From: the human T2T-CHM13v2.0 reference genome, Homo sapiens
Strand: one strand, 5' to 3'
Assembly: GCF_009914755.1 (NCBI RefSeq)
Contig: NC_060932.1
DNA: 64,000 nt
The position numbers and the translations under genes are program-made. Below the pieces are notes generated by a model that saw only the letters and a program-made list of their open reading frames with translations, did not search any database and was not told the origin of the DNA. Of the stretch, positions 14,652 to 32,511 are shown piece after piece (within the stretch, counting starts at the first letter, position 1; each line of letters begins with the position of its first letter).

Positions 14652-15899
14652 AAAAAATTAAGTATTTTAGTTGTTTAAATTTGTATCATTATTTACCTTT
14701 TATACATTATTTTCATGTATATTAGTTTATTGATCTTCACAACTGTTCCATGATGATGTGGCATAAAAGAGAGTGAGTAGGGACTTCTAGGTCTCACAGG
14801 GATGGAAGAAGGTCATGAAACCATATTTCCTAACTCATCCTTCTTATTCTTTCTTTAGCAACTGAACTTCCCTACTTCCCCCTTCTGTCCACATTTTCTA
14901 ATCAAAATCTTTTCAAGGTCCTATTTCTCCTGAGTTTAAATACTGAACATATTAAGACAATATGCCTATAAACTAGATGTTAACTTAAATCTCATAGATT
15001 TGTAAGCCCTCTCTTCCACCCATGCAATATATTTCCATTTGAACAGACATCCCTAGGGCAAGGTTTCTCTAAAAAAAGACTTGATTACAGGGTGTTTTAG
15101 TTTTTAATGGAGCAAGGACTTGTTTTTTCTTCCAGTTCCTCAGATCACGTCTTACTTTTGGCTGCTTTCTCCTTCTACAATCTGTCAAAGCCCTCTGTGG
15201 AACAATAGTATCTGCGAGTCAACGGCATTATCACAAATCATAGAGGTGGCTGTTGGACTCACATTTACAATCTACAAGTGTTCACACTGCTTTATTTTTG
15301 GCAAGATGTGGCTGCCGCATGGCTCATAAACAGGCTTCTGAAATAACTCTGACAGAGAAAAATGCTCCTGATGTTCTGGTCCAGATGCTCTCAGGGATCA
15401 AAGACTCCTGGCTATGAGCAATTCCCTTGGAAGCTGTGCAGTTGGCTTTCCTGGGCTTCATCCTTCCCTGAATGTCATGGATAATATTATCTGGGCATCC
15501 TTCCAGACAGATAGGGAAGAGCTGTCTGCATTCCATACCTTCACTCTCAGGTTAGAATGAGTGAAAAAGATAAAGAAATATACAAGTTTGAATCCAAACA
15601 TAGTCACTTTTAAACTATGATTTTGAATAAGTTATGTAGCAATGTACAGCTTCTATTTCTACAATTGTAGACACAACATATCTACTTTTTCTTTTTTTGA
15701 AAATGTCACCTACTTTAATTTGGAAACAACTTCTCTGTCTGTCCGGTGCATGTGATCAGGAAGTAATGAAAATATCTCCCTTTCCGGAAGAAGTGGAAAA
15801 TAGACCCTTTTGTTCTTTAAAGTTTGAGCCCTCCTTGCACTGGAAAAGGCAAATGATTGTGACATTTTTGTGGCTGATTTTGACACCCTCATTAAATAT

Positions 15900-16060
15900 T
15901 TGTAAATATTAAACTAATCATAGAATTAAAAGAAATTACAAACATACAACAGAGAGGTCTTGTTTACCTTTGATCACATTTCCTTCAATGATGGCATTTT
16001 ATATAACTATTACAACATCACAATATCACAGGGAAATGACGTTGACACAGTATAATACAA
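15900..16060 (-). mobile_element. Old L1M (L1MB/MC-like) 3' fragment
   Basis: ACAGAGAGGTCTTGTTTACC...AATGATGGCATTTTATATAACTAT...GAAATGACGTTGACACA. Confidence 0.5.
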
Positions 16061-16499
16061 CATCAACTTTTAAGGATTCCATGTGACATTTGGAAGCCTG
16101 TATTCTACCATTCACTTTTCCTTACTGTAGAATTCTCATATGAAGGACACATTCACAGAGAGACAGGACCTCTCAATTAGCATCTGGTCAAATTATTAAC
16201 ACTACAAATGAGGAACTCTTGGGTAAAGCTGACTCACAGAACGTTGTTGAGGCTTGAGGTCTAACTGGAAATGCCTTTTCTCTTTCTTTTCATTGATTTA
16301 CCCACAAAGTTTCACTTCCAAAGAGGATATGATACACGTAGAAGCATTAGACAAATGGCTGAGTATGTTCAGAGGAAGTAAGCACTGTCTCAAATTGCTG
16401 GAAGTTTACGTGCCCAGAACATGCACAGAGAAATCTCCTTTAGGTGGGAATTCATTATCAGAACAAAGAATGCAAGGGAGGGAGTGGTGCTGACATTTT

Positions 16500-20220
<3,721 letters not shown>

Positions 20221-20396
20221 TGGTGCTGACTCTTAAAGGCCAACAACCCTGCACCCACATAGGGAAAAATATGCTGCTTAATAAGTATTCTGAGTTCTGG
20301 AAATCAACTTTTCTTCATTTAGAATAGAGAATCCCAGCTCAGGAAACATATATGGACAGAAAGTCAGAAGGTGAGTGGAAAAAAAGAGATGGTCCT

Positions 20397-20761
20397 TTAT
20401 ATGGTTTGGCTGTGTCCCCATCCAAATCTCATCTTGAGTTGTAGCTCCCATAATTTCCATGTATTGTGAAAGGGACCCATTTGGAGATAACTGTATCATG
20501 GGGATGGGTCTTTCCCATGCTGTTCTCTTGATAGTGAATAAGTCTCACAAGATCTGATGGTTTTATAAAGGGGAGCTCTCTCTCGCACATGCTCTCTTGC
20601 CTGCTGCATTGTAAGATGTGACTTTGCTCCTCCTTTGCTTCCACCATGATTGTGAGGCTTCCCCAGCCATTTGGAACGGTTAGTCAACTAAACCTCTTTC
20701 CTTTATTAATTACCCAGTCTTAGACATGTCTTTATTCACAGAGTGAGAACAGACTAATATC
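20397..20761 (+). mobile_element. THE1 (B/C-like) solo LTR
   Basis: ATATGGTTTGGCTGTGTCCCCATCCAAATCTCATCTTG start; GTGAGAACAGACTAATA end. Confidence 0.9.
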
Positions 20762-21019
20762 TGGTAGAATTTTCATCCCTTACCTGATGGAATTTCTGAG
20801 AGGATTTTATAAATCAATATAGGCAAGACTCTTGGCTCAGTGTTGGGAAACATGACAGTTATTTAATAAAAAATAATACCATTCCCTTAACTTATATTGT
20901 CTTCAAGAAGCTGAGCCCCAGAGAGTCAAAGAATCCCAATGTTGGAAGATACCTTAGAAAGTATCTATTCCCACTTTCTACACCGTGCAAAACTCTCTGG
21001 AATCCCCGCCAGGACTAAT

Positions 21020-21511
21020 GTTTTGTGAGGATAAGACTGGTGGAAGAGAGTGGGCTGGTTTATTTCACCCCCACCCCTGGTTTCCTGACATATGTTTCTT
21101 CACTGGAGAGGTTGAAAAGAGAAGAGCTGCAATACCTAGACACTCTTGCAGCTGAAGTTTCATGTAGGTCCAAGATCCTGCAAAGCAGATGCACACCTGT
21201 GACACCTGAAAGTTGAAGTGAGCAACCTGATCACCTACTCTGAGACAGCTCTGGTGACATTTCTGGTACCCAGTTGTAGAGTCAGTTGCCCAGGATGGCC
21301 GTGGGGGCAGTAGCATTTCTGCTAGACAAGCCCCATGGTGTGTGCAGAGGGTCGTGTCCTAGCTTCTTTATTAATGGCTGTATAACACCAATCCCAAGAC
21401 ATCTGATCCTCTCAGAGGCTCTGTGAGTGCTGTAATATAATAAATATTTCTTTTCCTGCTTGAGATAGCTAGATTGATTTTATTTTTTAAACAAAAGTCC
21501 TGATTAATACA
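21020..21511 (+). mobile_element. Old MLT1-type MaLR LTR
   Basis: 3' end AATAAAT..CTTTTCCTGCTTGAGATAGCTAGA...AAAAGTCCTGATTAATACA; 5' boundary uncertain. Confidence 0.55.
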
Positions 21512-21944
21512 CTGTTCAAAAACTCTATGTTATCTAAACAATAAAATGTGATTTGGCAATGTGACAGTTAAGAATCTACATGAATTACACTCTGGGACAT
21601 CTCTTGCCTCATGTCTCACCCCGATCCAGATCCTGTTCTTGCCTTTTATACTCTGCTTCAGAGTTTCATGAATATCCCCCATTCCATTTTGAGGAAGATT
21701 TGGGTTAGATAAATTAGCCTCTTATTGAGCTGACCCTGTGTCCTTAGACATTATACCAATTAGTTCTCTGTGTGTGTGTGTACAGAATCATTGGACACCT
21801 ATGGTTTTCCAGTCATTTTTCTAGGCTTCAGGCTTAGAAGATCTCACTCATGTAGTTAGACTGAGTGTGAATAGGAAAGAGATAGTAAAGGTGTACATTT
21901 GAAATACATGATTTCATATAAATTATCTTTGAAATGCATCATCA

Positions 21945-22240
21945 CAAGTGGGTTGTCAGGGAAAAAAATATCTTTGAGGGGGAATTGTTGGAATTAGAAC
22001 CTGAGTTTTGACTAGGAGTCAGCTGTGAAAAACAAAGATGCAAACTCTGGAGAAAAATTCTAAGCAGAGTAAACAGCAAAGGCAAAGACCTTGAGGAAGA
22101 GCAAATCTCAGTGTCTATGAGAACTCAAAGGATGGTCCATGCATGTGCAAGCTAGTGAGTAAGGGGGAGAGTGGTAAGAGCTGTGTTTGGAGATGGAGGG
22201 AAGTTGCAGCACTGTAGCACAGGTGAGCAGTGAGAATTTA
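21945..22240 (-). mobile_element. L2 fragment
   Basis: AGCAGAGTAAACAGCAAAGGCAAAGACCTTGAGG is typical antisense L2 3' region. Confidence 0.65.
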
Positions 22241-22669
22241 AATTCCGATACCCCAAATCTCCTTCTCACATGACAATGCTCCAAATTTTGAAGATCCCAA
22301 TCAAAGTGGGCTTGGGACACCCTCACAAAGCATGGTAGAGGTGATTAGGGAGCTGACTGAGCAGGCATGGTGCCACTCCAAGCACTATGGAAGGCTAGAG
22401 ATGTTTGCTTCTGTAGGAGTCACTCCACCAGAAATGAAACTTGCTGGTTACTCATCTCTGCTAGAAACATTTTGTTTAATTTCTTTCTAAAGCCATTTTA
22501 AAGGGTCTGCAACAGATTTACCTCCTTGCTTTGATGCACAAGAAAAGCTTAACTGCATTATTTTCCTCTTCTTGCTCTCTATTCCCCTCCTCTTTCTCTT
22601 CACTCTCTTGCTGCCCTCCTCTTCATCACTAGCTACCTCTGCACGTCTTCTTCTGCTTGTGTTATATCT

Positions 22670-22840
22670 AACATTCACAGCTACTTTTGCAAGGAGTGTA
22701 AAACTATTCCCATTTTATAGTTAAGAAAACTGAGTCTTAGTGAAGCTAAGTATTATGCAAATTAGTATAGTTGGTAAGTGGTGGAGTCAAGATGTAAACC
22801 CACTACCCTTCTGATTTCAAAGTCTGAGATGTTTTCTGTA
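22670..22840 (-). mobile_element. MIR fragment
   Basis: CCCATTTTATAGTTAAGAAAACTGAGTCTTAG...GTAAGTGGTGGAGTCAAGA. Confidence 0.7.
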
Positions 22841-22879
22841 TTTCATCATGTCATGCTGTCTTTTACTCAAGAGACTGCA

Positions 22880-23200
22880 CATATTACTCCTTCTGCTTTA
22901 TCACCTTTAATCTCTCTACATTTTATTATTTCTTACTGATCTGTCAAAACGCAGCTTAACATCACCACTTCTTAAAAGCTTTCAGTAAGTTCACTTACCT
23001 GCTAGATTTGTTCAGGTGTCCCTCTACGTGGTCATTCATAGCTGCCCATGTATGTGTGGCCTCAGCCTCTCAAAGCACATGTAACATCTTACTGTATTCA
23101 TCAATTTACTTATCTGCCTCTCCTACATGACTGTGAGTTCTTTGAAGGCAATGACTGTGCCCTTAATCTCCGTACCCAACGTCCTACATTTTTTGTTTTC
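22880..23200 (+). mobile_element. L2 3' fragment
   Basis: TCTGCCTCTCCTACATGACTGTGAGTTCTTTGAAGGCAATGACTGTGCC. Confidence 0.65.
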
Positions 23201-23302
23201 TCAATCTCTATTGAGCAAATATATTCTCTAGAATTTGGAGAGGTAATGGAGAGAGAAGCCTCAAGATGTCTAAAGGAATGATTCAGCTATGGTTTTCTAT
23301 TC

Positions 23303-23645
23303 ACATCAGTCATCTTTTGTTATCAAAGTGCTGAATAATAAATTATCTCAAAACACAATGAATTAAAACAATAATTATTTATTCTTGCTCATGAATCTGT
23401 TACTCCAAGCTTTTTCCAGGTGTCCGTCATTCTTTGGGGATCAGGGACCACCAGGCCATGTTCTTTTCATGGTAATTGCGGAAGCACAGGAGGGAAATCA
23501 TCTCTCAAGCCTTTGATCATGTTGTGTTTGGTAACATTCCATCAGCTAAAGCAAGTTACCGGGGCCAGTTCCAGCACTGATGGGAGCATTGTCTACCTAC
23601 AATGGGAAGGAGAGGAGAATGAGGCTTTGCTTTATAATATTCCAA
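23303..23645 (-). mobile_element. MLT1-type MaLR LTR
   Basis: AATAATAAATTATCTCAAAACACAATGAATTAAAACAA..TTTATTCTTGCTCATGAATCTG is an antisense MLT1 3' end. Confidence 0.55.
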
Positions 23646-24185
23646 GTGAATGAACAAATGTAAAATTAGCTAATCAACTTACACTTAATTAAAGTCAGAT
23701 CTAGCATAAAACACATTGGGATCTTCTCTGGTGAGAGTTGCTCTCTGTCTGGTATGTTGGGAACAAACTTACACCTGGAATAGAGTAATAAGTGACAGGG
23801 AATCACTAGGAAGCACTTACACTGAGCACCTGCTAGGTTGCAGAACCTGTATAAGAATTGTAAATACAGAAAACCTAGTGGCCAAGATCTGTCCTCAAGG
23901 ACTCCCAGACTGAAAGGGAAGACAGGAATGTAAATTAACCAGGTCTATGCTGTACAATAACTTCCTACTAAAACAATGCTCAAGATTCCAGGAAAAAGAG
24001 GGAGGAGAAAAAATTCTGATTATGCCTCAGGGAAGATTTCCTGAATAAGGCAAAGTCAAAAGAGAATAAATCTAAGTACCCTTTCTAATTTATTGTAAGA
24101 ACTACACAGGTTATTTATTTTTCTCCAAATCCTCAGTTCTTATCTGACAAGTAGCACAGAATATGCCTTCAGTGCATGGTGGTTA

Positions 24186-24545
<360 letters not shown>

Positions 24546-24569
24546 CTATCAACATAATGCTCATGTTTC

Positions 24570-24700
24570 CTTCTCCTTTTACAGATGATGAAACTGAAAC
24601 CCAGATGGCTAATGTAACTGTAAAGATCACACAAATATTTTATGATGTTGCTGTAAGCAGAACCTAGGTCTTGTGGCTCCCAGTCCAGTGATTTCATGCT
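24570..24700 (-). mobile_element. MIR fragment
   Basis: TTTTACAGATGATGAAACTGAAACCCAGA...AAGATCACACA...GAACCTAGGTCT. Confidence 0.7.
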
Positions 24701-27700
24701 AAAAATTGCATGAAAATTACCTGACTCTAGTTTTCCATGGAATAAAAAAAAAATTATACAGCTGGGAGCTGTGTAGCTCCGTGAGTGCAACATAGTATCC
24801 ACCCTGCAAATGTTTGTTGAATTGAATGGAGTTAAAAATTGGAAAGATTCATAAAGAAAGATTCTCTCTTCTAGTCCAGCCCTTCATTTTGCCAAGATAG
24901 GGAAAGTGAGCGCAGGAACTGGGGAATGACTTTGCCAAGGTTGCGGGGGGCTTACCCGCTACCATGTGATGGTGAGAACCGGAGCTCTTTGCTTCTCTGC
25001 CCAACACCCCCTTCCTTTCATTGTCATTGGAGTGCGAATGAGGTCCTGTAAACTGTGTCTGTGGGTAAAGAGGTGTGACATTGTTTAAAGTCATTTCCTT
25101 GTAAGCTCAGTCGCAAGCAGGCAAGTAGGGAAAGACAGTAATTCAAGTTGTCAGGGCCCTTAGAAACCTGCCCTAAGGTGTTGTGTTCATAATGGAAAGA
25201 ATTGAAACGCTTGAATATGGTTATTCTTGGGCCTATTCTGAAACCAAGAGTGTGTATCCTCAGCAGGCTTAATGCAGACAATTACAGTTAAACCCACGCT
25301 TCCAGATAAGCTAAATTTCCAGGACCTTGTAAATAACTCTTTGTTCCCTGTCTCCTCGTGCTGGGTCCTGTCGGTACAAGCAGGAGACAAACAAAACAAC
25401 TGCAAACTCTTTATTCCTTTCCATCCTCTCTAGTAATTCCATCTTCCCAATCTTTACATCTCAGTTGTAACTTCAGGGGGCACATACAACACTCCCCAAA
25501 TTCTCTAATAATGTAGAGACACCCTGAGCCACTCATTCTATGTTTTCTTGCCCCACAAACTTATTTTGTTTGCAAAGGACTTTCCAAGGACAAGGACAAG
25601 GACACATTAATCAATAGCAGGTCCTAATGGACTCATTTATGACTGCAGCTATCCACATAGGGAGGAAGAAAGAGAATCACACATAGGAAGAGGCTATATC
25701 TTCTCTCCCTCTTTGTACAGAGTCTTAGTGTGCCCTTTACTGTCTTTCAATCCTTCCTTGATCCATATTGGTGTTCTTCTAGAAAGAGGAGAGAAAGAAA
25801 ATAGATTACACCAACATTGAACTCATTCCTCATTTTTAACACTGTATAAGTATAAAGTTTTATTTACAAATTAGCATGTCTGCAAGGAGCCAGTGTTCAT
25901 CCAGTCTGATCTTTTCATTTTCTGATGAGAAAACTGAGTTCTAGAAAGAATGAATGGCTTGTCCCTAGTCATCCTATGAAAATGATTCAGAGCAATATTA
26001 GATCTCAGGGTTTTTGTGTCCCAGGGCTATTTGCCCCACACCTAACTGATGTATGACTTCCCTAGATTATCTTCAGAACATTAATGAAATTGTGGATTTA
26101 AACACATGGAACTTCTGTAGCTATTCTTACAGAGCAATTTAATTACACACACTAAACTTTTTCCATTTTAAGCATAGTGCTTATTTCACCCCAAAAGTCA
26201 CTGGATCATCTGATTATTCATAAGCCAGGCAAGCTAAATTTCTCATAAGCCATGCCTCTGAGAAACTTGTAATTTTGTTCTCCAAAGGTATCTCCAACAT
26301 AAAGAGATTTGAGTCCATGGAAGGATGTTGAATCCATGGTCCAAAGACTCTGGATAGGAGCAGTGCCAAGCGAGCTGCTCACTTTGGAATTGCCTCCTGG
26401 TTCTCCTGGATTTAGCCTGTGCTCTGTGATTGGTAGGTGCTCAACCCTGAATTTCTTGTTGTGGACACTGAGCAAGGTATTGAATGACTTGGCTTCTCAA
26501 TTCCCTCATCTGAAGCTTGGAGATAATGATAGCCCTTCAGTGGTTTGACACAGTGGTTTTTAACTATCTGCCCATCTTCCCTACTGTTAATTTTTAAAGG
26601 CAGAAGTTTTGCCAATTCATTTTTATCACACTACCCACTGGCATAGCCTTACAAAAGGCAAGAGTTTATATCCATTTACAAATTGGGATTATAATAGAAA
26701 CTGCTTTCTGCTAGTTTAATAAAATTAAGGCATTAATTACAAATGTTAGGGCTATTTCATGCAACCTGGGGGCAGAAATGGGACTGGGCTTTAGGTTAGC
26801 AGGAATGCCAGGCTGCCCAAGAGGGCAGTGATTATGAAAAGAATGATTTCCAGCCAGCTTCTGCTCATTTTCTGGGCATCAGGATTACCTCTACTCCTTT
26901 GTAACTTTCTCCTCTACTGCGGCAGGGATGCTCGAGTTTTTCTTGCTCCTACTCCCCTTCTTCTTGATCTTTGCTCTGTGTTTTTTGATCTCCTCAAGAT
27001 CAAGGTTTCCGGTCATGATTCTACTTCCCACCAGTAGGGAGAGTGAGTCACAAACCAAGCTGGTCAGAGTCTACGGCACTAACTGTCCTCTGTTTTCTAG
27101 GGGTAAAGATTCCAAGGACATTAACAGGTTAGCCCAGGTCTGTGCAGTCTAAAAGCAGGCTTGACTATTTCTCTTTCTCTCATTCTTTTCAGGATTCCTT
27201 TTGCATGCATTTAAGAGAGGATACTTGAGGCTTCTCTAGCTTGGTGATTTGTGCATGTTCTCTGTCGCCTCCTCCCTCCATCCTTCAACGCTTGCTGCTG
27301 GGTCCAAGTCTGCTGTCTCAGACGACCAGGTCTGGAGCAGACAGCTCCAGTCAACTCATTTGATGCAACAGGATAAATTCTCTGGTTGCCCTCCCACCTG
27401 TGAGGAACACAGGCACCAGCAGATGTTCTCTGACTTCGACTTTCTTTGCTTCAGAGTGATTATACCTGACCTTCTGGCTTTGCGATGGTAGAGAAATACC
27501 TTAATCCTGTCTTATTAAAAGTTTTTTCTCAGTAAAATTCCATCCTTCCTGGTATATATGAAAGGAGCCTACCAAATGGTTTAGGTGAAGTTATCAGTTT
27601 CTACAGTGGAGTTTAACATCTAAATCCTTACATAATATGTAAGGGCTAGTTTTTCATGCTCTGCATTTATTTTCTTTCTGGGAAAGAAGTGGTGGAGAAA

Positions 27701-27819
27701 GTAAAAATAGATTTCTTAATATCTAGCCAAAACACCAATAAAGTGTTATTTTATACCCTGATTTGTCACACCCTACCTCATTATCCAAATCATCCACCAC
27801 AGTAAAATTGTATATACAT

Positions 27820-28137
27820 TTATTTATTTTATTTTTTCTTTAGAGATGGGGTCTTTGTCTGTCACTCAGGCTGGAGTACAGTGGCATGATCACAGCTTAC
27901 TGCAGCCTTAAACTCCTGTGCTCAAGTGATCCTCTTGTCTCAGCCTCCAGAGTAGTTGGAACTACAGGTAAACACCACCACGACTAACTTTTTTCTTTAA
28001 TTTTTTTTTTTTTTTTTTTTGTAGAGTCAGAGTCTTGCCATTTTGCCCAGGCTTGTCTTGAACTCTTAGGCTTAAACAATCCTCCAACCTCAGCCTCCCA
28101 AAGTGCTGGGATTACCGGCATGCCACCATGCCTGGCC
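27820..28137 (-). mobile_element. AluJ with expanded T-rich linker
   Basis: J-type ACTGCAGCCTTAAACTCCTGTGCTCAAG; about 20-bp degenerate TSD CCACAGTAA(A/C)ATT(G/T)TATATA on both sides. Confidence 0.92.
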
Positions 28138-28491
28138 CCCCACAGTAACATTTTATATATCTTCCCATTGAACTTTGATCTCTAATATACTTTTTAGAAA
28201 GATGTGTTCAAGAAATGTTTGTAATACACAAATAAGTGAATGAATGAATAAAATTACCTAATTACTGGATTTTAAAATGCCAATATGACTTACTGAAACT
28301 TTTTAAACTCGAGGATCTGTCTGTTTAGGAATATACAGTAATTTTTTATTTAATGCGTGTCAATATCACATTCCAATAAGAATAAAAAATACAAAAATAA
28401 TGCATGACAATGGAAATAAATGAGGGAATAGTTTAAATTTATCAAAAGATTATTATCAATACTTTTTACTTAATTATTATCTTTCTATTTA

Positions 28492-28605
28492 ATCTATCTA
28501 TCCATCCATTCATGCGTCCATCCATGCATCCATGCACCCATCCATCCATCCATCCATCCATCCATCCATCCATCCATCCATCTTTTTATCTGTCTATCCA
28601 TCCAT
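28492..28605. repeat. (TCCA)n / (TCTA)n tetranucleotide repeat
   Basis: Read directly; pure TCCA run at about 28538-28582. Confidence 0.95.
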
Positions 28606-28654
28606 TTAGCTAGCCAGCTAACTGGAGAAGCATATTTAGATAAAAAGAGTTAGA

Positions 28655-28925
28655 TCCCAGAGCAGTGGCTCATGCCTGTAATGCCAGCACTTTGGGAAGC
28701 TGAGGTGGGAGGATTGTTTGAGCCCAGGAGTGCGAGATCAGGCTGGGCAACATAGCAAGCCCACATCTCTACAGATAATTTAAAAATTAGCCAGGCATAG
28801 TGGTGCATGCCTGTGGTTCCATTTACTCGAGAGGTTGAGGTGAGAGGATCACCTGAGCCTGGGAAGTCAAGACTGCAATGCACTCCATCCTGAACAACAG
28901 AGCAAGACTCCATCTCCAAAAAAAA
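28655..28925 (+). mobile_element. AluJ with short right-arm deletion
   Basis: GGAGGATTGTTTGAGCCCAGGAG is J-diagnostic; GACTGCAATGCACTCC lacks the GTGAGCC..GCCAC segment. Confidence 0.88.
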
Positions 28926-28927
28926 GA

Positions 28928-29182
28928 TTGTACTTAGATAGAAGGAATAAGTTCTGGTATTCTATAGCATAGTAAGGTGACTATAGTTACCAATAATTTA
29001 TAGTATATTTCAAAATAACTAGAAGAGAGGATTTTGAGTGTTCCCAACAGAAAGAAACAATAAATATTTGAGGTAATCAATATCACAAACACTCTGGTTT
29101 GATCATTTCACATTGTATGCATATATTAAAATATCACATTTGCCCTAGAAATATGTACAATTTTTATGTATAAAGAATAAAA
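28928..29182 (+). mobile_element. L1MA 3' end
   Basis: AGATAGAAGGAATAAGTTCTGG..GTGACTATAGTTA..TTTCAAAATAACTAGAAGAGAGGATTTTGA. Confidence 0.85.
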
Positions 29183-29643
29183 GTATGGGCACAATGGCTC
29201 CACATCTTGCCTGAGGCCCAGCGGGTGCAAAGCACAGAGCCTAGGGATGCAGTCTTCATGTCTCTGAGAGGATAGCTTCCTGTGTATTTTCAAGCCTCCA
29301 GCCTTGACAGTGTCACCTCAACTCATAATGAACTTATGTTGAATCCCTTTCTGTTAGTCAAGGGAATTCAATGGCCTCCCTTAACGTTTTGCAGACTTCC
29401 AAGATGATGTCTTAAAAATCACCTCCGTTGTCATGTCCTGAGCCTGCCAAGTTCTTGTTTTGGTGTCTTCTACGTCTCCTTCCATTGTTGACCTCAAGGA
29501 AGAAGATGGTTCCTTTGTCTTTCGTTTTCTCTAAGACCCTGGCAACACATAGCAGGTTGTTATTGAAAGCTTGAGTTATTAGAAAGTGTTTATGTCTCAG
29601 CACAGAAAAAAATAATTGTTTAAAGTTGAATATTAAATAACTA

Positions 29644-29985
<342 letters not shown>

Positions 29986-30164
29986 TCACCAGCTGACTTT
30001 CTCTCCATGCGCTAAGTTCCAGTCATGGTCATCTTTCCATATTTTTCTTCCTCTGATTCATGTCAGCTCTCCTCCATTATTTTTTTATTAGGGTTCCCAC
30101 ACTTCTCTTCCCAGCCATCTTTTTGTCAAGTATCTTTCTATATTTCTTGCTGTGGACAGAATGG

Positions 30165-30380
30165 AGGAATACTTAGTTTTCAAATCCCTGCCCTATCATT
30201 ACTCTGGTGACATTGAGAAAGTTACTGATCAATTTATGGTTTGTGTTCTCCATCTACAAAATGAGACCACTAGAAATACCTACCTCATAGGATGGTGAAG
30301 ATTAAAGAAATTGTTGCATATGTAATGCCTGTAAATATATGTGGTTCATAGTAAGAGCTCACTAAATGCTAGTTATTGTT
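30165..30380 (+). mobile_element. MIR
   Basis: GTGACATTGAGAAAGTTACT..CATCTACAAAATG..ATACCTACCTCATAGGAT..CATAGTAAGAGCTCACTAAATGCTAG. Confidence 0.75.
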
Positions 30381-31520
30381 GCTCCTCTTGCTTATTAAGC
30401 AATGCATTCTGTTTATTTATTCATTATTTTTTAGGTTGTTTCCCAACCTACTAGGAAATAATCTGACGCCTATTTTTCAGTTAAAAAGTTGTGCCAGTTT
30501 GTTTTGCTAATCAAAAGACAGCCTCCTCCATAAGATAAATTCTGACACTATGCTTAAAGTACAATTCTTAACCTTTTTTTGTTTATTTCTATCTCTGTGA
30601 CATATTTTTGGGAGACAAGAGGAAAGGAAGGGTGGAATAAAAAGACGTTGCTGAGAGGGAGAATTTGAGATTCCAAAGCCTAACATTCTAGGTGCCAGAA
30701 CCTCTCCTCAGTCTTCTCCTATTTCATCTAGATTAGTTGAATCATTTAAGAATCAACTAAATTTATTATTCCCTGTCCCCTACCCTTCTATTATTTTTCT
30801 TATCAAATCAATCCCCTTTGAAAATGTTTTGCGTTTTTTAAGCTTATATGCTCTCTAAACTTCCTCTTTAGTTCTCCCTGAAGTCAACATTCATTCCTTA
30901 CTGTCCCAGCCTTTCTTTTTAAACTCCTGTGAAATGCTTGTGTGAGAGTATCAGTGCAGAAAATGATAAATAAGGCAAGGAACCATATGTCAAGGGTCTA
31001 TTGGGGATTAGCAACAAGAGATGGAACTGGAGTAAATTTCAGAGTCTCTGGGCCCACCTGGAACCTCAAAACCTCTTCGAATTAGAAAGACATCAACAAT
31101 CCTAATTTCAAGATTACCTGATTATTAATTGCTATATAAAAACCTTGAACATCAGAAATAAATAAAAGGTGAATTACAGATAGAGAGGATGTTTAATTTT
31201 AAATAAGACAGTAAGGAAAGGAAGTGCTAAAAGGAAGACATAAAGACAGAATAGAGACAATATAGTTAAAGACTCAAAGTGAAATTTAAAAGGAGCAAAG
31301 AAACTATGAGCTTCAGCTCAGAGAAAAGAAGCACGCATATGAAAATAACATAATTCAGGGCGGACATCAGGAAACAGTGATTTGAGTTAGTCAGCATGTA
31401 AAGTGTGGGGAAAATCATCATGTTGTCCTCTGTAGCTTCATCTTAGAGATCTTGGACATGGATTTTTTACAATCTGTCAGTGAACAAATGGAAGGCATGT
31501 CCTAATACAATTTTTACAAA

Positions 31521-31980
31521 GGGGGTCTTTAAGGTTTCTAGATAGACAATCATATAATCAGCAAATAGTGACAGTTCGACTTCCCCTTTACTGATTTGGA
31601 TGCCCTTTATTCCTTTCTCTTGTCTGACTGCTCTGTCTACGACTTCCAGTACTATGTTGAAGAGAAATGGTGAGAGTGGGCATCCTTGTCTTGTTCCAGT
31701 TCTTAGAGGGAATGCTTTCAACTTTTCCCCGTTCAGTATTATGTCGGCTGCGGGTTTGTCATAGACGGCTTTCATTACATTGAGGTATGGCTCTTGTATG
31801 CTGATTTTGTTAAGAGTTTTAATCACAAAGGATGCTGGATTTTGTCGAATGCTTTTTCTACGTCTATTGAGATGATTATGTGATTTTTGTTTTTAATTCT
31901 GTTTATGTGGTGTATCATATTTACCGATGTGCATATGTTAAACCATCCCTGCATCCCTGCTATAAAACCCCCTTGATCAT
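31521..31980 (-). mobile_element. L1PB-like ORF2 RT segment, inverted 5' part of a twin-primed L1
   Basis: ORFs 31467-31826 and 31823-32104 give [27 protein letters not shown] on the minus strand. Confidence 0.9.
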
Positions 31981-32442
31981 GTTCCATCAAAAAGTGGGCT
32001 AAGGACATGGATAGACAATTCTCAAAAGAATATATACACATGGTCAACAAACATAACAAATGCTCAACATTACTAATTATCAGGGAAATGCAAATCAAAA
32101 CCACAATGTGATACTACCTTACTCCTGCAACAATGACCATAATAAAAAAATAAAAAATAATACATGTTGGCGTGGATGTGGTGAACAGGAAATACTGCTA
32201 CACTGCTGGTGGGAATGTAAGCTAGTACAACTATGGAGAAAATAATGTGGAAATTCCTTAAAGAGCTAATAGTAGAACTACCATTTGATTCAGCAATCCC
32301 GCTACTGGGTATCTACTCTGAGGAAAATAAGTCATTATACAAAAAAAGATACTTGCACACGCATGTTTATAGCAGTACAATTCACAATTGCAAAAATGTG
32401 GAACCAACCCAAGTGCCCATTAATCAATGAGTGGATAAACTG

Positions 32443-32511
<69 letters not shown>

